Positions 40,831 to 50,251 of a stretch of DNA of 64,000 nt are shown piece after piece. Position numbers and translations under genes: made by a program. How positions within the stretch are numbered: the first letter of the stretch is position 1; each line of letters starts with the position of its first letter. The notes under the pieces were generated by a model, which was not told where the DNA came from, did not search any database, and saw nothing but the letters and a program-made list of their open reading frames with translations. The DNA lies in IMG/VR virus record IMGVR_UViG_3300027985_001690, one strand, 5' to 3'. This stretch comes from an uncultured virus (IMG/VR IMGVR_UViG_3300027985_001690) (lineage: Duplodnaviria; Heunggongvirae; Uroviricota; Caudoviricetes).

Positions 40831-41727
40831 TCACGCGGAGGCCTCCCACAAGTTGATGACGCCGCCACGATCGGTGATACGGCGCATGAACGCTGCACCG
40901 TACCTTTTTGCGAATTCATCGACCTGCTTGCCTCGCGTGAACTTCCGTAGACCGCTGGTGATGATCGTTGGGGCCCCGGATAGGTACCTCGCGTTGATCA
41001 CCTCGTACGGCACCGCGCTGAACGTCTCGAACCCAAGCTCGTCGAGAACCAGCAGCGAAGCGCTCTTTGCCTGGTCGACCAAGCTCGCCTCGTCCCCGAG
41101 CCTGGAGTTGCGTCGAGCTACCACGAGCTCCGCCGCGTCGATGAACTTCATCCCGAACGCCCAGCGCGCGTTGCGCTCCGTCTCCTCGGGCTTCGCCGCG
41201 CGGCTCAAGACCCGCATCATGAGCGCGATCGCCGCGGCGGTCTTGCCGGCGCCGGTGGGACCGAGAATCAGCACGCTTCCCGCCTCTCGGTTCCAACGTC
41301 TGGCGAACTCGGCCACGCGCGGCTCCGCGGCCTCCACCTTGGCCCATTCGGGTGTGCCGAATCGCGCCCATCGCATGCCCGCGGGAATCAACCGCTCCAT
41401 CGCGGCGTCCACCTGCTGCCGACGTACGGATCGGAACTCGGACTTCTCGGCGTCCGACTCGCACGTGCATGTGGGCTCATCGCCCCACTCCCGGATCTCC
41501 CCGCAGTGCTCGCACTTCGCCTTGCCAACAGGGATGTTGTTGGCCCTCGCGTGGTTGATCATCATCTGGCGCCATATCGAACCCAAAAGCTCTTCTCCGC
41601 CCTCGCCGAGCGGATGCGGGTCCCTACGCTCGTGTTTTGCGTTGGACTCCTCGCACTTGCGCTGTACCCTTTCGATGATCTCCTGCTCGATCATCTTTGT
41701 CCCATTGGATTGGATATCATCGCTCAT
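40831..41727 (-). CDS. DnaC/IstB-like helicase-loader ATPase
   Basis: Zinc motif CEHC..CTC, Walker A GPTGAGKT, Walker B LLVLDELG, VINARY..PTIITS. Confidence 0.85.
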   Translation of the reverse strand: MSDDIQSNGTKMIEQEIIERVQRKCEESNAKHERRDPHPLGEGGEELLGSIWRQMMINHARANNIPVGKAKCEHCGEIREWGDEPTCTCESDAEKSEFRSVRRQQVDAAMERLIPAGMRWARFGTPEWAKVEAAEPRVAEFARRWNREAGSVLILGPTGAGKTAAAIALMMRVLSRAAKPEETERNARWAFGMKFIDAAELVVARRNSRLGDEASLVDQAKSASLLVLDELGFETFSAVPYEVINARYLSGAPTIITSGLRKFTRGKQVDEFAKRYGAAFMRRITDRGGVINLWEASA

Positions 41728-41736
41728 GTTGGCTCC

Positions 41737-42672
41737 TCACTCCTTTTCGGGCGGTTCGCACATACCCCACCTGAAGCAACCACCGGACGGTGGAGGCGCA
41801 AGCAACTCCACCTGCTTGCCTCCCCTCGACGTCCTGGACCAAGCCACAACCTGGTCGATGTTGTTCTTCACGCGGCGATCGATCGACATGAAGAAACAAG
41901 CGTCGTCCGGGTTCGCGTATCGCCCAGGTGTTTCTTCGTTCCTCGACCTGCGAAGCTGAACGAACTCCTGTTCGAGACTACGAATCAGATCGATCCTTCC
42001 CGGGTCAATCTCTGCCATCAGCCGGATCTCGTCCTTGCGGGCAAAGATGCACGGCCAGCAACCAACCCGGGACATCCCCTGGTGATACAGCGGATGCAGG
42101 GGAACGCCGTGCCTGTGGTGAATGGATATCACGTCCTCGACGCTCCAGCTGAGGATGGGCCTCCATACGTAGCCGCCCCAACGATCGTCGTCCTCGAACG
42201 GTAGCATCATCGACCTTGAGTGAGACTCGTCGGAACGAATCCCGACCACAGACACGGTGTCCCCCTCGCTGTCGCGGATCTCGTCGTGGTACTCCTGCAG
42301 CGGCTTGATCTTCAGCGTGCTGGTACACCACCGCTGCATTCGGCTGGGGAACCCAGCTCGGACTCGCATCTTGGCGACCATTCCTCCCTCGACGCCAACG
42401 ACGTCGATCGGACCGAGATGCTTGCGAAGCGTATCGAGGTGTTCGTATGTCGAGTCGTGCTCCCAACCGGTGTCGGCGAACACCCTTCGGTGTTCGATGC
42501 CTGCCTCCGTCAACGCGAGGCAAACGGCGGTGGAGTCCTTGCCACCGGAGACAGAGACAACGGGGATCAGATCGTGGACCTTGTCCGGGACTTCGATGGA
42601 CTGGTCATGAGGATGAATCGGGCATCCGCAGTCCACGCACTCGCATACGTCGCAGTAAATTCCGTGTCCCAT
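41737..42672 (-). CDS. phosphoadenosine phosphosulfate (PAPS) reductase family protein
   Basis: PP-loop VSVSGGKDST, FADTGWE, RWCTSTLKIKP, GIRSDES..R, RPILSW, SRVGCWPC. Confidence 0.9.
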   Translation of the reverse strand: MGHGIYCDVCECVDCGCPIHPHDQSIEVPDKVHDLIPVVSVSGGKDSTAVCLALTEAGIEHRRVFADTGWEHDSTYEHLDTLRKHLGPIDVVGVEGGMVAKMRVRAGFPSRMQRWCTSTLKIKPLQEYHDEIRDSEGDTVSVVGIRSDESHSRSMMLPFEDDDRWGGYVWRPILSWSVEDVISIHHRHGVPLHPLYHQGMSRVGCWPCIFARKDEIRLMAEIDPGRIDLIRSLEQEFVQLRRSRNEETPGRYANPDDACFFMSIDRRVKNNIDQVVAWSRTSRGGKQVELLAPPPSGGCFRWGMCEPPEKE

Positions 42673-43718
42673 TAGAACTTGTCCTCGTTTCCTCGTTGCA
42701 TGGCCTTGTTGAACTTCTCGCTGGTCTTTGGCTGCCATCCGGGTTCCTCCTGGACGCGTCGAACGCCCGGCGAGGATGAGTCCCTACCGAAATCGCTTCG
42801 AAGCCAGTTCCGGTAGGCCGCGTCCCAGTCGGCGAACTTCTTTCGCTTGGCCACCGCGTCGTCCTTGAACTTCTGAAGCTCTCGGTCGAAGTCCCTGCCC
42901 TCCTCCTTGGCAAGCCGCCGATGGTCCTCGTTGGGTGTCCAGTCGTCCGGAATCGGTATCTTCTGCAACCTCTGTCGTCCCTTCCTGGCGGGCTCGGGCG
43001 ACTTGAGACCGAACGTTGGCTTTGGCTCCCCGGGTTCCACCGGAGGATCGTCCGGATCGTCCGGTGCCGCCGGCGGGGGCTCGGACGGAACCCTCTCCGG
43101 CGGAGGAGGGGGCTCGGATTGTTTCGTGACAATGGAACCTGTATTGGTCGGTTGCTCCGGCGCCGCTTCGGAGCCGGTCCCAATACATATCCCTGTCCCT
43201 GTCTCTATCCCTATCCCTATCCCTGTCCCCGGAGGGGGTTCGAAGGGGGTTCGAAGGGGGTTCTCCCACCATGGGTCCGGGAGGCGTAGCGTCTCGGCGT
43301 ATTCATCCCAAAATGCCTGCAAAAGATAGGTGTTTTCGCAGTCCCGCATCATGCGGATGATGGCCTGTCGATTGTTGTCCTTGGGCTTCAGGCACTCCCC
43401 CGGCTCGAGACCCAGCTGGCGGCGCGCCATAGTCCTCACGAAGACCGTGTCAGACCCTCTGTCGTATACGAGGAAGCTCTTTGAATCCCCTTGGAAGGGG
43501 GTCCCAAGGGTGTCCAAAGCCCCTTCTACCTCCTCCACCGTCAGCCCGGTCTCGTGAGATATGATTGCGATGGGAATGTAATACAGCCCTATCATATTCG
43601 CCGTGGGGGCCGTCATGAGGTACGTGGACAGGATCCTGGCATCCTTGTTGCCGCGCAGCTTCTTGCCGGTCCCACGCGTCCAATACGTAGGGGCGATCGA
43701 ACCGTACTTCCGACTCAC
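42672..43718 (-). CDS. phage replication initiator (N-terminal HTH, C-terminal DnaT-like domain)
   Basis: YLMTAPTANMIGLY..P...ISHETGL N-terminus; IPDDWTP...ELQKFKD...FADWDAAYRNWLR C-terminus; lies upstream of the DnaC-like gene. Confidence 0.75.
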   Translation of the reverse strand: MSRKYGSIAPTYWTRGTGKKLRGNKDARILSTYLMTAPTANMIGLYYIPIAIISHETGLTVEEVEGALDTLGTPFQGDSKSFLVYDRGSDTVFVRTMARRQLGLEPGECLKPKDNNRQAIIRMMRDCENTYLLQAFWDEYAETLRLPDPWWENPLRTPFEPPPGTGIGIGIETGTGICIGTGSEAAPEQPTNTGSIVTKQSEPPPPPERVPSEPPPAAPDDPDDPPVEPGEPKPTFGLKSPEPARKGRQRLQKIPIPDDWTPNEDHRRLAKEEGRDFDRELQKFKDDAVAKRKKFADWDAAYRNWLRSDFGRDSSSPGVRRVQEEPGWQPKTSEKFNKAMQRGNEDKF

Positions 43719-44872
43719 CTCGAACCCCCTTCCAAGAACAGCGACTGCTGTCGAATCAGGCAGTGCGGAGAGAACCAAATCCTCTCCAGGTGCCTGTTCG
43801 AATTCTCCCCGCTTGAATACCCTCTAGCCGCCTTCCACTCGTACTTCGTCCAGCTACCAGGCATCTTGTGTTCTCCCTCGTACCCGCACAGCGCGATCCG
43901 CAAATCCGGGTCGTCTCCGTGCTCAATCGCCCAGCGGGCTACTTCCTTGGATACGCCCAAGTCGTCCTCGGAGTACAGGCCAGAATCCCTCATGTCGTGA
44001 TCGTACGGCGGATCAAGCAGCACCGCGCACGGTCGTCGACCTCCGACGTTCTTGCCCTTGCCGAGCACGCTCGGTCCCATCACGCGCTTCCAGTCTCCGC
44101 AGGCTACCCGGACCCTTCGCAACCTCGCCTGCAGCGCCGTGAACCACTCCTCGCACGGAGCTCCACCGACGCCGTGCACGCCCCTGTCGTTGCCGAGGGA
44201 CGGAAGGTGGACGCCCTGGCCCGCGGTGGATATCGCTGGCCTGCGCGCCAGCCATACTCGCTGGTTCCAAGTCGACTGGGGGCGGTGAACCCCCTTGTCG
44301 ACGCCGGCGAGGTGTGGTCGCTTCCGCTCGATGGAGGAAGCATGCACCCCTCGTCCAGCGCATCCTTCCGTCACCGAAAGCTGCGGTATCTGGTGAGCGG
44401 TGTTCGAATGCACGCCCTTGCCGATGCCGTCTAGCTTCGGGTGCTTGCAGTTGTTGGGCTCGACGCACCACCCGCCTCCGATCCACTGGCAGATACCCCA
44501 CACCCACCAGCCAGCGATCATGGGATCGAAGTAGAACGGGTCCTCGTGCATCTTCGTTCGCATCGTCGGTATCTGCTCGACGAGCCACCGGTGCCGTGCG
44601 TGCAGGTCCGCCTCGTTCACCGGCCAGTCGGCGTGCTTCGCCACGAGCGCTGGCTCGAGTGTCACAGCTCGCCAGAAGTTGGCGATGAAGCGGTCCTTGT
44701 CGTTGACCGTCTCGATCTTTCCTGGGCCGTTCGGGCGACCCAGCAGCACCGCGAGCGAACCCGCGAAGGGCTCGACGTAGTTGTTGATGTCCGAGCCGAA
44801 GGCGTCCCACACAACGTGCGCGACTCGCCTCTTGCCACCGAACCACGGGAAGGGTGCCTTGAGCAGGTTCAT
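43715..44872 (-). CDS. D12-class (Dam-like) N6-adenine DNA methyltransferase
   Basis: PFPWFGGK, YVEPFAGS, ETVNDKD, LLDPPY. Confidence 0.9.
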   Translation of the reverse strand: MNLLKAPFPWFGGKRRVAHVVWDAFGSDINNYVEPFAGSLAVLLGRPNGPGKIETVNDKDRFIANFWRAVTLEPALVAKHADWPVNEADLHARHRWLVEQIPTMRTKMHEDPFYFDPMIAGWWVWGICQWIGGGWCVEPNNCKHPKLDGIGKGVHSNTAHQIPQLSVTEGCAGRGVHASSIERKRPHLAGVDKGVHRPQSTWNQRVWLARRPAISTAGQGVHLPSLGNDRGVHGVGGAPCEEWFTALQARLRRVRVACGDWKRVMGPSVLGKGKNVGGRRPCAVLLDPPYDHDMRDSGLYSEDDLGVSKEVARWAIEHGDDPDLRIALCGYEGEHKMPGSWTKYEWKAARGYSSGENSNRHLERIWFSPHCLIRQQSLFLEGGSR

Positions 44873-45378
44873 GCTTTCGGTGCCTCCCACGGGACGAGCG
44901 TGGTGTCGCCCGAGACGTACAGAGGATGCCGAGGCTGACCTGCCTTCGTGACGCCCAAGCACCAAGGCGTGACCCCGGATGCGGCCAAGAGGCTTGCGAC
45001 CTCTCTTGCCCGAGCAGCTGCCATGGGAAAGGCTCCCCACCCGAACACCACGAGCTTCGCTTGGATGCCCACATCGAGGATGTGTTCGTCGTTACCCGGT
45101 CCAACGGGATCCGGGTGGGTGCGAAGGATGGATGGATCGGGAGACACGATCGCGAAGAGGTTGACCACGTCGATTCCACCGCATCCCCACTTGCGGGCGA
45201 ACCCGATGCATCGCTGCAGGGTCGGATCGAGAACAGTCTCGTTCCCCGTCGAAGGGTTCAGCATGCAGAAGCAAGCGCGGGGCTTCGAGCTCCATTTCCT
45301 CCAAAGCCTGAACCGGTAAATGCCGTCGTCCGAAAACTGCGCGCCCGCGCTGTCGTCGTTGAACAGTGGTCGCATCAT
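44869..45378 (-). CDS. DUF1643 family protein
   Basis: YRFRLWRKW...FCMLNPST...DPTLQRC..FA..WG...VVNLFA...GWG...LGVTKAGQPRHPLY. Confidence 0.88.
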   Translation of the reverse strand: MMRPLFNDDSAGAQFSDDGIYRFRLWRKWSSKPRACFCMLNPSTGNETVLDPTLQRCIGFARKWGCGGIDVVNLFAIVSPDPSILRTHPDPVGPGNDEHILDVGIQAKLVVFGWGAFPMAAARAREVASLLAASGVTPWCLGVTKAGQPRHPLYVSGDTTLVPWEAPKA

Positions 45379-46025
45379 GGAAACAACCCCCACGATAGAG
45401 GCGTTCCAAGCTCGTCGCCGAACGCGTCGTATCCATCTCGACGTTCTGTGGCAAACAACTCCGCACGTGGTCCAAGGTCCCCGACCAGGGCGTTGATCAG
45501 GTCGAACACCACGTCTGGCTTCCTCGAGTGATGCTCGCTACCCGGTGGCCTGGGCGCGTACATGGTGCTCCGGACCTTGTGGCATTCGATGAGCGATGCA
45601 GCCTTGCCCTTGCCGGCAATGATGAGTGATTCGTGTTCCTCCACAAGCTCCGCGTACCTTCCCTTTCCGGCGATGACGAGCGATTCGTGCTCGTTCCGAA
45701 CGTAATGGCCCATGCCGAACATCCTGGGAGGATCTGGCTCAGGGGGAGGCTCGAGCCCGACGTAGCTCTGGGTCTTGATCCAGACGGCCTCGCTCTTCGC
45801 TGTGAATCTCCATGCCTTGACCGTGTCGTAGGCCTCCGGGACCATCGACGCGATCCTCCACAGGAACAGCAGCGCATCATCGAACGTGGGCGGCACCCGA
45901 ATGGCCATGATGTCTCGAATGGGCATCGTCGTGTACTTGCACGACGCCCCTCTGTTTCCAGGAAGCTTGTCCCTGCACCTCCACGAGGGGTCCCCGTAGA
46001 GGATCCTGTACCTCTTGACGCTCAC
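45375..46025 (-). CDS. MT-A70 family adenine methyltransferase
   Basis: YRILYGDPSW, ALLFLW, WIK, GMGHYVRNEHE, HSRKPD, RAELFA..R.GYDAFGDE. Confidence 0.85.
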   Translation of the reverse strand: MSVKRYRILYGDPSWRCRDKLPGNRGASCKYTTMPIRDIMAIRVPPTFDDALLFLWRIASMVPEAYDTVKAWRFTAKSEAVWIKTQSYVGLEPPPEPDPPRMFGMGHYVRNEHESLVIAGKGRYAELVEEHESLIIAGKGKAASLIECHKVRSTMYAPRPPGSEHHSRKPDVVFDLINALVGDLGPRAELFATERRDGYDAFGDELGTPLSWGLFP

Positions 46026-46885
46026 GGCTCCCTCCCATCGATCATCCCGCACCGTTGCAGGCTCAACCGAAGCGCCGGCGTCATCTCCACCGCGCCGGCT
46101 TCGAGCATAGCTGGGATCCTCGATGCCGTGGTGAATAGCTCCCTGACCTCAGATGGTTGGGCGTCGAATGTCTCCTCGAACAACCAGATGCATCCGTGCG
46201 GCTTCACCGGGGCGTACCTGCCTCGAATGTTGATCCAGGATGTGGTGTTCGACAGGTTCACGAAGGTTCGGCTGGGCATACGCCCCCACGAGGCGTCGAT
46301 GGGATCCGACTCCGGGTACGGGTCTTCGATCTGAGGCGCAAGCTTCGCGAGTTCGAACGGAGGTGGAAGAGGCCGAATGACCTCGTTGGGCTCGGAGGCA
46401 TCCCCCGAAAGAATCATCCTCCGCTCGCGAAGGACGACGTCCCTGGGAGTGCCGCAAAGCAACCGAACGGCATCACGGCCAGAGAGAATCTTTGCGTCCT
46501 CCGCTGGCATCGGCGGAAGCACCAGCCACTCCGTTGGCTTTCCGGCTCTCGTCTCGGATCCGGGAGCGACCAGGGTGAACGGCACTGGCGGCGGCGCGGG
46601 CGCGGGGGGCGGCGGCGCGGGCGCGGGGGGCGGCGGCGCGGGGGACGGTGGCGCGGGCGCGGGGGGCGGTGGCGCGGGCGCGGGCTTGGCGTGGTTGGGC
46701 TCGCGATGGAGAACGAACCAATCCGTCGGAAGGTGGATCCTGGGAATGTCGTCTTCGTACAGACCGTCCTTCACGATCGGTTGCGAATCACCGCAGAGGG
46801 TGCACCGAAGCTCGCCCTCGAGCGCCACGATCCAGTCCAGGATGATGGGGCTCTGTCGTTCGATGGGTCGACGCTCCTTCACCAT
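46022..46885 (-). CDS. proline-rich hypothetical protein
   Basis: (APAPPPP)n tract encoded by a 21-bp GC-rich repeat at ~46586-46684. Confidence 0.55.
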   Translation of the reverse strand: MVKERRPIERQSPIILDWIVALEGELRCTLCGDSQPIVKDGLYEDDIPRIHLPTDWFVLHREPNHAKPAPAPPPPAPAPPSPAPPPPAPAPPPPAPAPPPVPFTLVAPGSETRAGKPTEWLVLPPMPAEDAKILSGRDAVRLLCGTPRDVVLRERRMILSGDASEPNEVIRPLPPPFELAKLAPQIEDPYPESDPIDASWGRMPSRTFVNLSNTTSWINIRGRYAPVKPHGCIWLFEETFDAQPSEVRELFTTASRIPAMLEAGAVEMTPALRLSLQRCGMIDGREP

Positions 46886-47544
46886 CGTCGCCACCCGTGC
46901 CTCGCCTTGACCCGTCGAGCCTCGGTCCTCGAAGTGTCGACGAAGTCTGCCATCTCCCGCATCCCGTCCGGGAGGCGGTCCATCATCCCTACCAGGACCT
47001 GACCCGTGGCGATGGCGAGCTCCAGGGTGGTCCGGCCATGCTCGACGTTGTAGCGCTTGCACATCCCCTTGAGGTCGCGGGAGAGCAGGGGGTGCACGAC
47101 GGAGGCCAGGGCACCGACGCTTACGTGCAGACGGGGAGTGGGGACCAGATGGGCCAAGCTCCGACCAAGTCTCGACTCGGCGATGGCCCGCTCCCGCGCG
47201 AGCGCCCTGAACTCCGCATCCAGGAACTGTCCCACCCAAACCGGGGTGGTAACGCCCGACAGGTTCTGTTCGAGAACCGTCTCGAACTCCGGAGCTGCGT
47301 CAAGCTGCTCGGGGGTGATGCCCATTCGAACCAACTGGTACTGCACCCAGGACGCCTCAAAGTCGACGCCGGATGGTCGCCGAAGCAACGTCGAACTCGA
47401 CCATGTGACCCTGCCACGACGGAAGAGCGCGAACGCGACCTCGAGGACGCGGGCCGTCGGACCGGCGTCCGCCGCGGTGGTCCTCACGACGAAGAACTCG
47501 TCCTTCCATTTGACGTTCGGAGATCCAGAAGCTATCGTATGCAT
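46879..47544 (-). CDS. DEDDh (DNA pol III epsilon-like) exonuclease fold, apparently inactive
   Basis: RVLEVA...STLL...GITPEQLDAAPEF...LKGMCKRYNV scaffold is present, but the catalytic acidic and His residues are substituted. Confidence 0.55.
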   Translation of the reverse strand: MHTIASGSPNVKWKDEFFVVRTTAADAGPTARVLEVAFALFRRGRVTWSSSTLLRRPSGVDFEASWVQYQLVRMGITPEQLDAAPEFETVLEQNLSGVTTPVWVGQFLDAEFRALARERAIAESRLGRSLAHLVPTPRLHVSVGALASVVHPLLSRDLKGMCKRYNVEHGRTTLELAIATGQVLVGMMDRLPDGMREMADFVDTSRTEARRVKARHGWRRW

Positions 47545-47604
47545 TCCTCACCTCGTGCGCGCCCTGGTAGGCCTGTCCCGTGTCGACCAGGGCGCGTTTT
47601 TTTG

Positions 47605-48945
47605 TCAACGTCCCAGCGAAGCCTGAAAGTCCTCCCAGTCGGACTCAAGTCCAAGGATTCGTACCAGGTGACGCGGTACCATCTGCTTCGCGTGCTCCTG
47701 CAGAGTCTTCGCTGTGCCGCGGCGCACAGCAAACAGGGCGCTCGGCCAACGGTGTCGCTTCGCCAGACTGGCGAACTCCTTATCGTCGTCGACAGCAATG
47801 ATGACCCGATAGACGGCACGTGTCTCCGAGATCAAAGCCTCGTACCTGGTGGAGACAAACAGGAGTTGGTCTCGGACGAGTGGGCTGCAGACGTCGGTCA
47901 TCTTCGCCATCTCCTCCTTGTCGTCCTGGACGACCATCTGCACCAGGCTGGTCCACGGAGCCTTCAATCTCCATTGCCACGCGTACTGCTTGTGCACGGT
48001 GTCGAGCTCGTGGCTCTTCTGCCTGTACGCGTCGGACGTGATCTTCACGCGCTTGACGCCGTCGAAGATCGACGAGTAGTCCGCGACGACGTAGCCCTCG
48101 TGGTCGTCGGCATCCCTTGAGTTGGCTTCGGTCGTCAAGGACTCGCAAAGGTTCCTGTCGCAGGAGGCGTTCATGTGATCGATCGGCGTGTATTCGTTGG
48201 ATACCCGAACCTCGCAGAAGTCCTTGCCCGACCTTGCACCGAGCAGCCACAAGCGTCGCTGCTTGTACCTGCATACGACGTGGTTCTCGGGGCCCGTCAG
48301 CTCCAGCATGAACGTCATGTGCTTGTCGGACGGATCGATAGGGGCCAACACCTGCTCTGCGAAATCGGTCAGCGACCCGAACCCCATGCTCTGCGCGGTG
48401 AGCTCCGACAACTCCCTGTACGTCAGACCGCACTGAGAGACCGTGGCAGCCTCCGGATCCTTTCGGGTACCGACGTGCCATTTGCCTCGGTCTCGGTATA
48501 TGATCAGCAGGGTGCCGTCCATCTTCTCCTGAACCGAGACGCAGTTCCAGTCGACTACCGCGGCGCACTCCTCCTCGGCGCCAAAGAATCGATCGAACGG
48601 GTACGCGATGACGTCCCAAGTTCCCTCTCGAAGGATCAGGCCCCTGCACTGGCAGGCCAGAGGGTCGTCGCGGCGCGCATCGAGTTGGTGGTAGGAGAGG
48701 GAAACCTTCCCGTTCCGTGTCCGGGACACCACGCCGTGATCACGGAGCAGACGTTCGAGCGTTCCGCCCTCCCGCAGATACCGAACGACGAGCGGAAGCT
48801 TGGGCCTTTCGTCCACCGGAATCACGACGGGTACCCCATCCTCGTAGACCACGCAGTCGCGACCGCAGTGCGCGCAGCATCCGTCCTCATCCGCCTTGAC
48901 GACTCCGCAGTCGGCACATTCGAATCGGTTCGGATCCATCGTCAT
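47605..48945 (-). CDS. T4 Rnl1-like RNA ligase
   Basis: CRGLIL...AYPFDRFF, motif I EKMDGT, TFMLEL..PENHVV, EGYVV, RVKI. Confidence 0.88.
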   Translation of the reverse strand: MTMDPNRFECADCGVVKADEDGCCAHCGRDCVVYEDGVPVVIPVDERPKLPLVVRYLREGGTLERLLRDHGVVSRTRNGKVSLSYHQLDARRDDPLACQCRGLILREGTWDVIAYPFDRFFGAEEECAAVVDWNCVSVQEKMDGTLLIIYRDRGKWHVGTRKDPEAATVSQCGLTYRELSELTAQSMGFGSLTDFAEQVLAPIDPSDKHMTFMLELTGPENHVVCRYKQRRLWLLGARSGKDFCEVRVSNEYTPIDHMNASCDRNLCESLTTEANSRDADDHEGYVVADYSSIFDGVKRVKITSDAYRQKSHELDTVHKQYAWQWRLKAPWTSLVQMVVQDDKEEMAKMTDVCSPLVRDQLLFVSTRYEALISETRAVYRVIIAVDDDKEFASLAKRHRWPSALFAVRRGTAKTLQEHAKQMVPRHLVRILGLESDWEDFQASLGR

Positions 48946-49101
48946 AACTCCTCTTCCGGGTAGTAGGTGTCGTTGAAGTACTCGATCTCCCTTCGCCTTC
49001 CCTCCTCGCGGTCTGTAGCGCCGTACCATTGAAGGTAGTGCATGTCGGTTTGAAGCTCCTTGTCCTCGTCGAGGACGTCATCCACGTATTCCCTTGGTAC
49101 C

Positions 49102-49590
49102 CTAGGCATCATGCCTCCCTTCAAAGAGCGAGGTCTGCCCGGACTTGACCTCGCCGTGATTCACCGCGCCGAGTTGCTCCAAAATGTTTGCCAGGATCGA
49201 CCTGTGGCAACGGTGCGGATTGACGCAGTAGCAAACCAACGTGACGCGGGGACGCTCGAGGAGCTCGACCCATTCCCTGTGGTGAAGACGCGCATAGCTC
49301 CACCGCATCTCGGTGATGTACTCGTCCCTGTACCTTCTCCAAACGGCGGCGTCGAGGGCGTCCGACTTCTGTTGATGGCCTCGTTGCCTGAGATGCTTCG
49401 CCCTTTTGAATCCGCGCTTGGCGTCGTTCACGATCCTCCACGAGGGAGCGAACGGTCCACCGATCGCGCCACCTCCCATCCCCCGGTCGCGTACTCGGCG
49501 GGCGAACTCCATCGTTTCGTTCGCGCGTGTGATGTCGAGACGATCCTCTCCGCCGTAGTCCAGACGCGCTGTCCACACCTCAAGCGTCAT
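49102..49590 (-). CDS. DUF488-like protein
   Basis: LDITR...FAPSW...WRRYRDEYITEMR...VTLVCYC...CHRSILA. Confidence 0.7.
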   Translation of the reverse strand: MTLEVWTARLDYGGEDRLDITRANETMEFARRVRDRGMGGGAIGGPFAPSWRIVNDAKRGFKRAKHLRQRGHQQKSDALDAAVWRRYRDEYITEMRWSYARLHHREWVELLERPRVTLVCYCVNPHRCHRSILANILEQLGAVNHGEVKSGQTSLFEGRHDA

Positions 49591-50251
49591 CGGTTCCCCC
49601 TTTTCACGACGGCTCGATTCGCACCCACCCTCTTGATCTTCGACTTGCAGGCGTCCGAGCACCATACAACGTCTATGCAAGCCATACCGCACTTCGTGCA
49701 CTCCAAATTGCCGAAGAACCCCCAACTCTCTGTCCACCTTCCGACGCGACCGCACACCGAGCACGTCCAGGCAGGCTTTCCGTCGTGGTACCGATAGGTG
49801 TCGTCGGTTCCGTACACCTTCGCGGTGTGGTCCACCATCGTTTTGTGTTTGCAAGCCATCTACTGCTGCTCCCCCCTGTGAAGGGAGCACGGCTCGGACA
49901 TCCCGGACCTTTCCCACCATGTCCGGTTGATGTCGCACCATCCTAAAGCGCGCGCGCTTTCCGACGGTGCATCGCAATCACCGATCATTCCGCACGCAAT
50001 CCACTGACAGCCGTTAGAGCAAAAGCACTTTGCGTCGTAGTTGAATCCCCCGATCGGAGTCATCCTGTATGAGAACCCCGACTCGTTCTGCTGGCCACAC
50101 CTGTCGCACCTGCACGCCGACTGGCACGACCTGGACAATGGATTTACGAAGGTGACACGACCCACGCACACCCGGTCCGTCGCCTTCCTATCGGTGACTG
50201 GAGGAATCTCGTAGCCTCCCGATGAGTCGTATCTCGTCCCGTCGAAGTCGC

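Noticed and set aside
41737..42672. Complete Dnd/Ssp phosphorothioation system
   Set aside because: Only a lone PAPS-reductase-family gene is present; no DndA/B/D/E or Ssp partners are seen.
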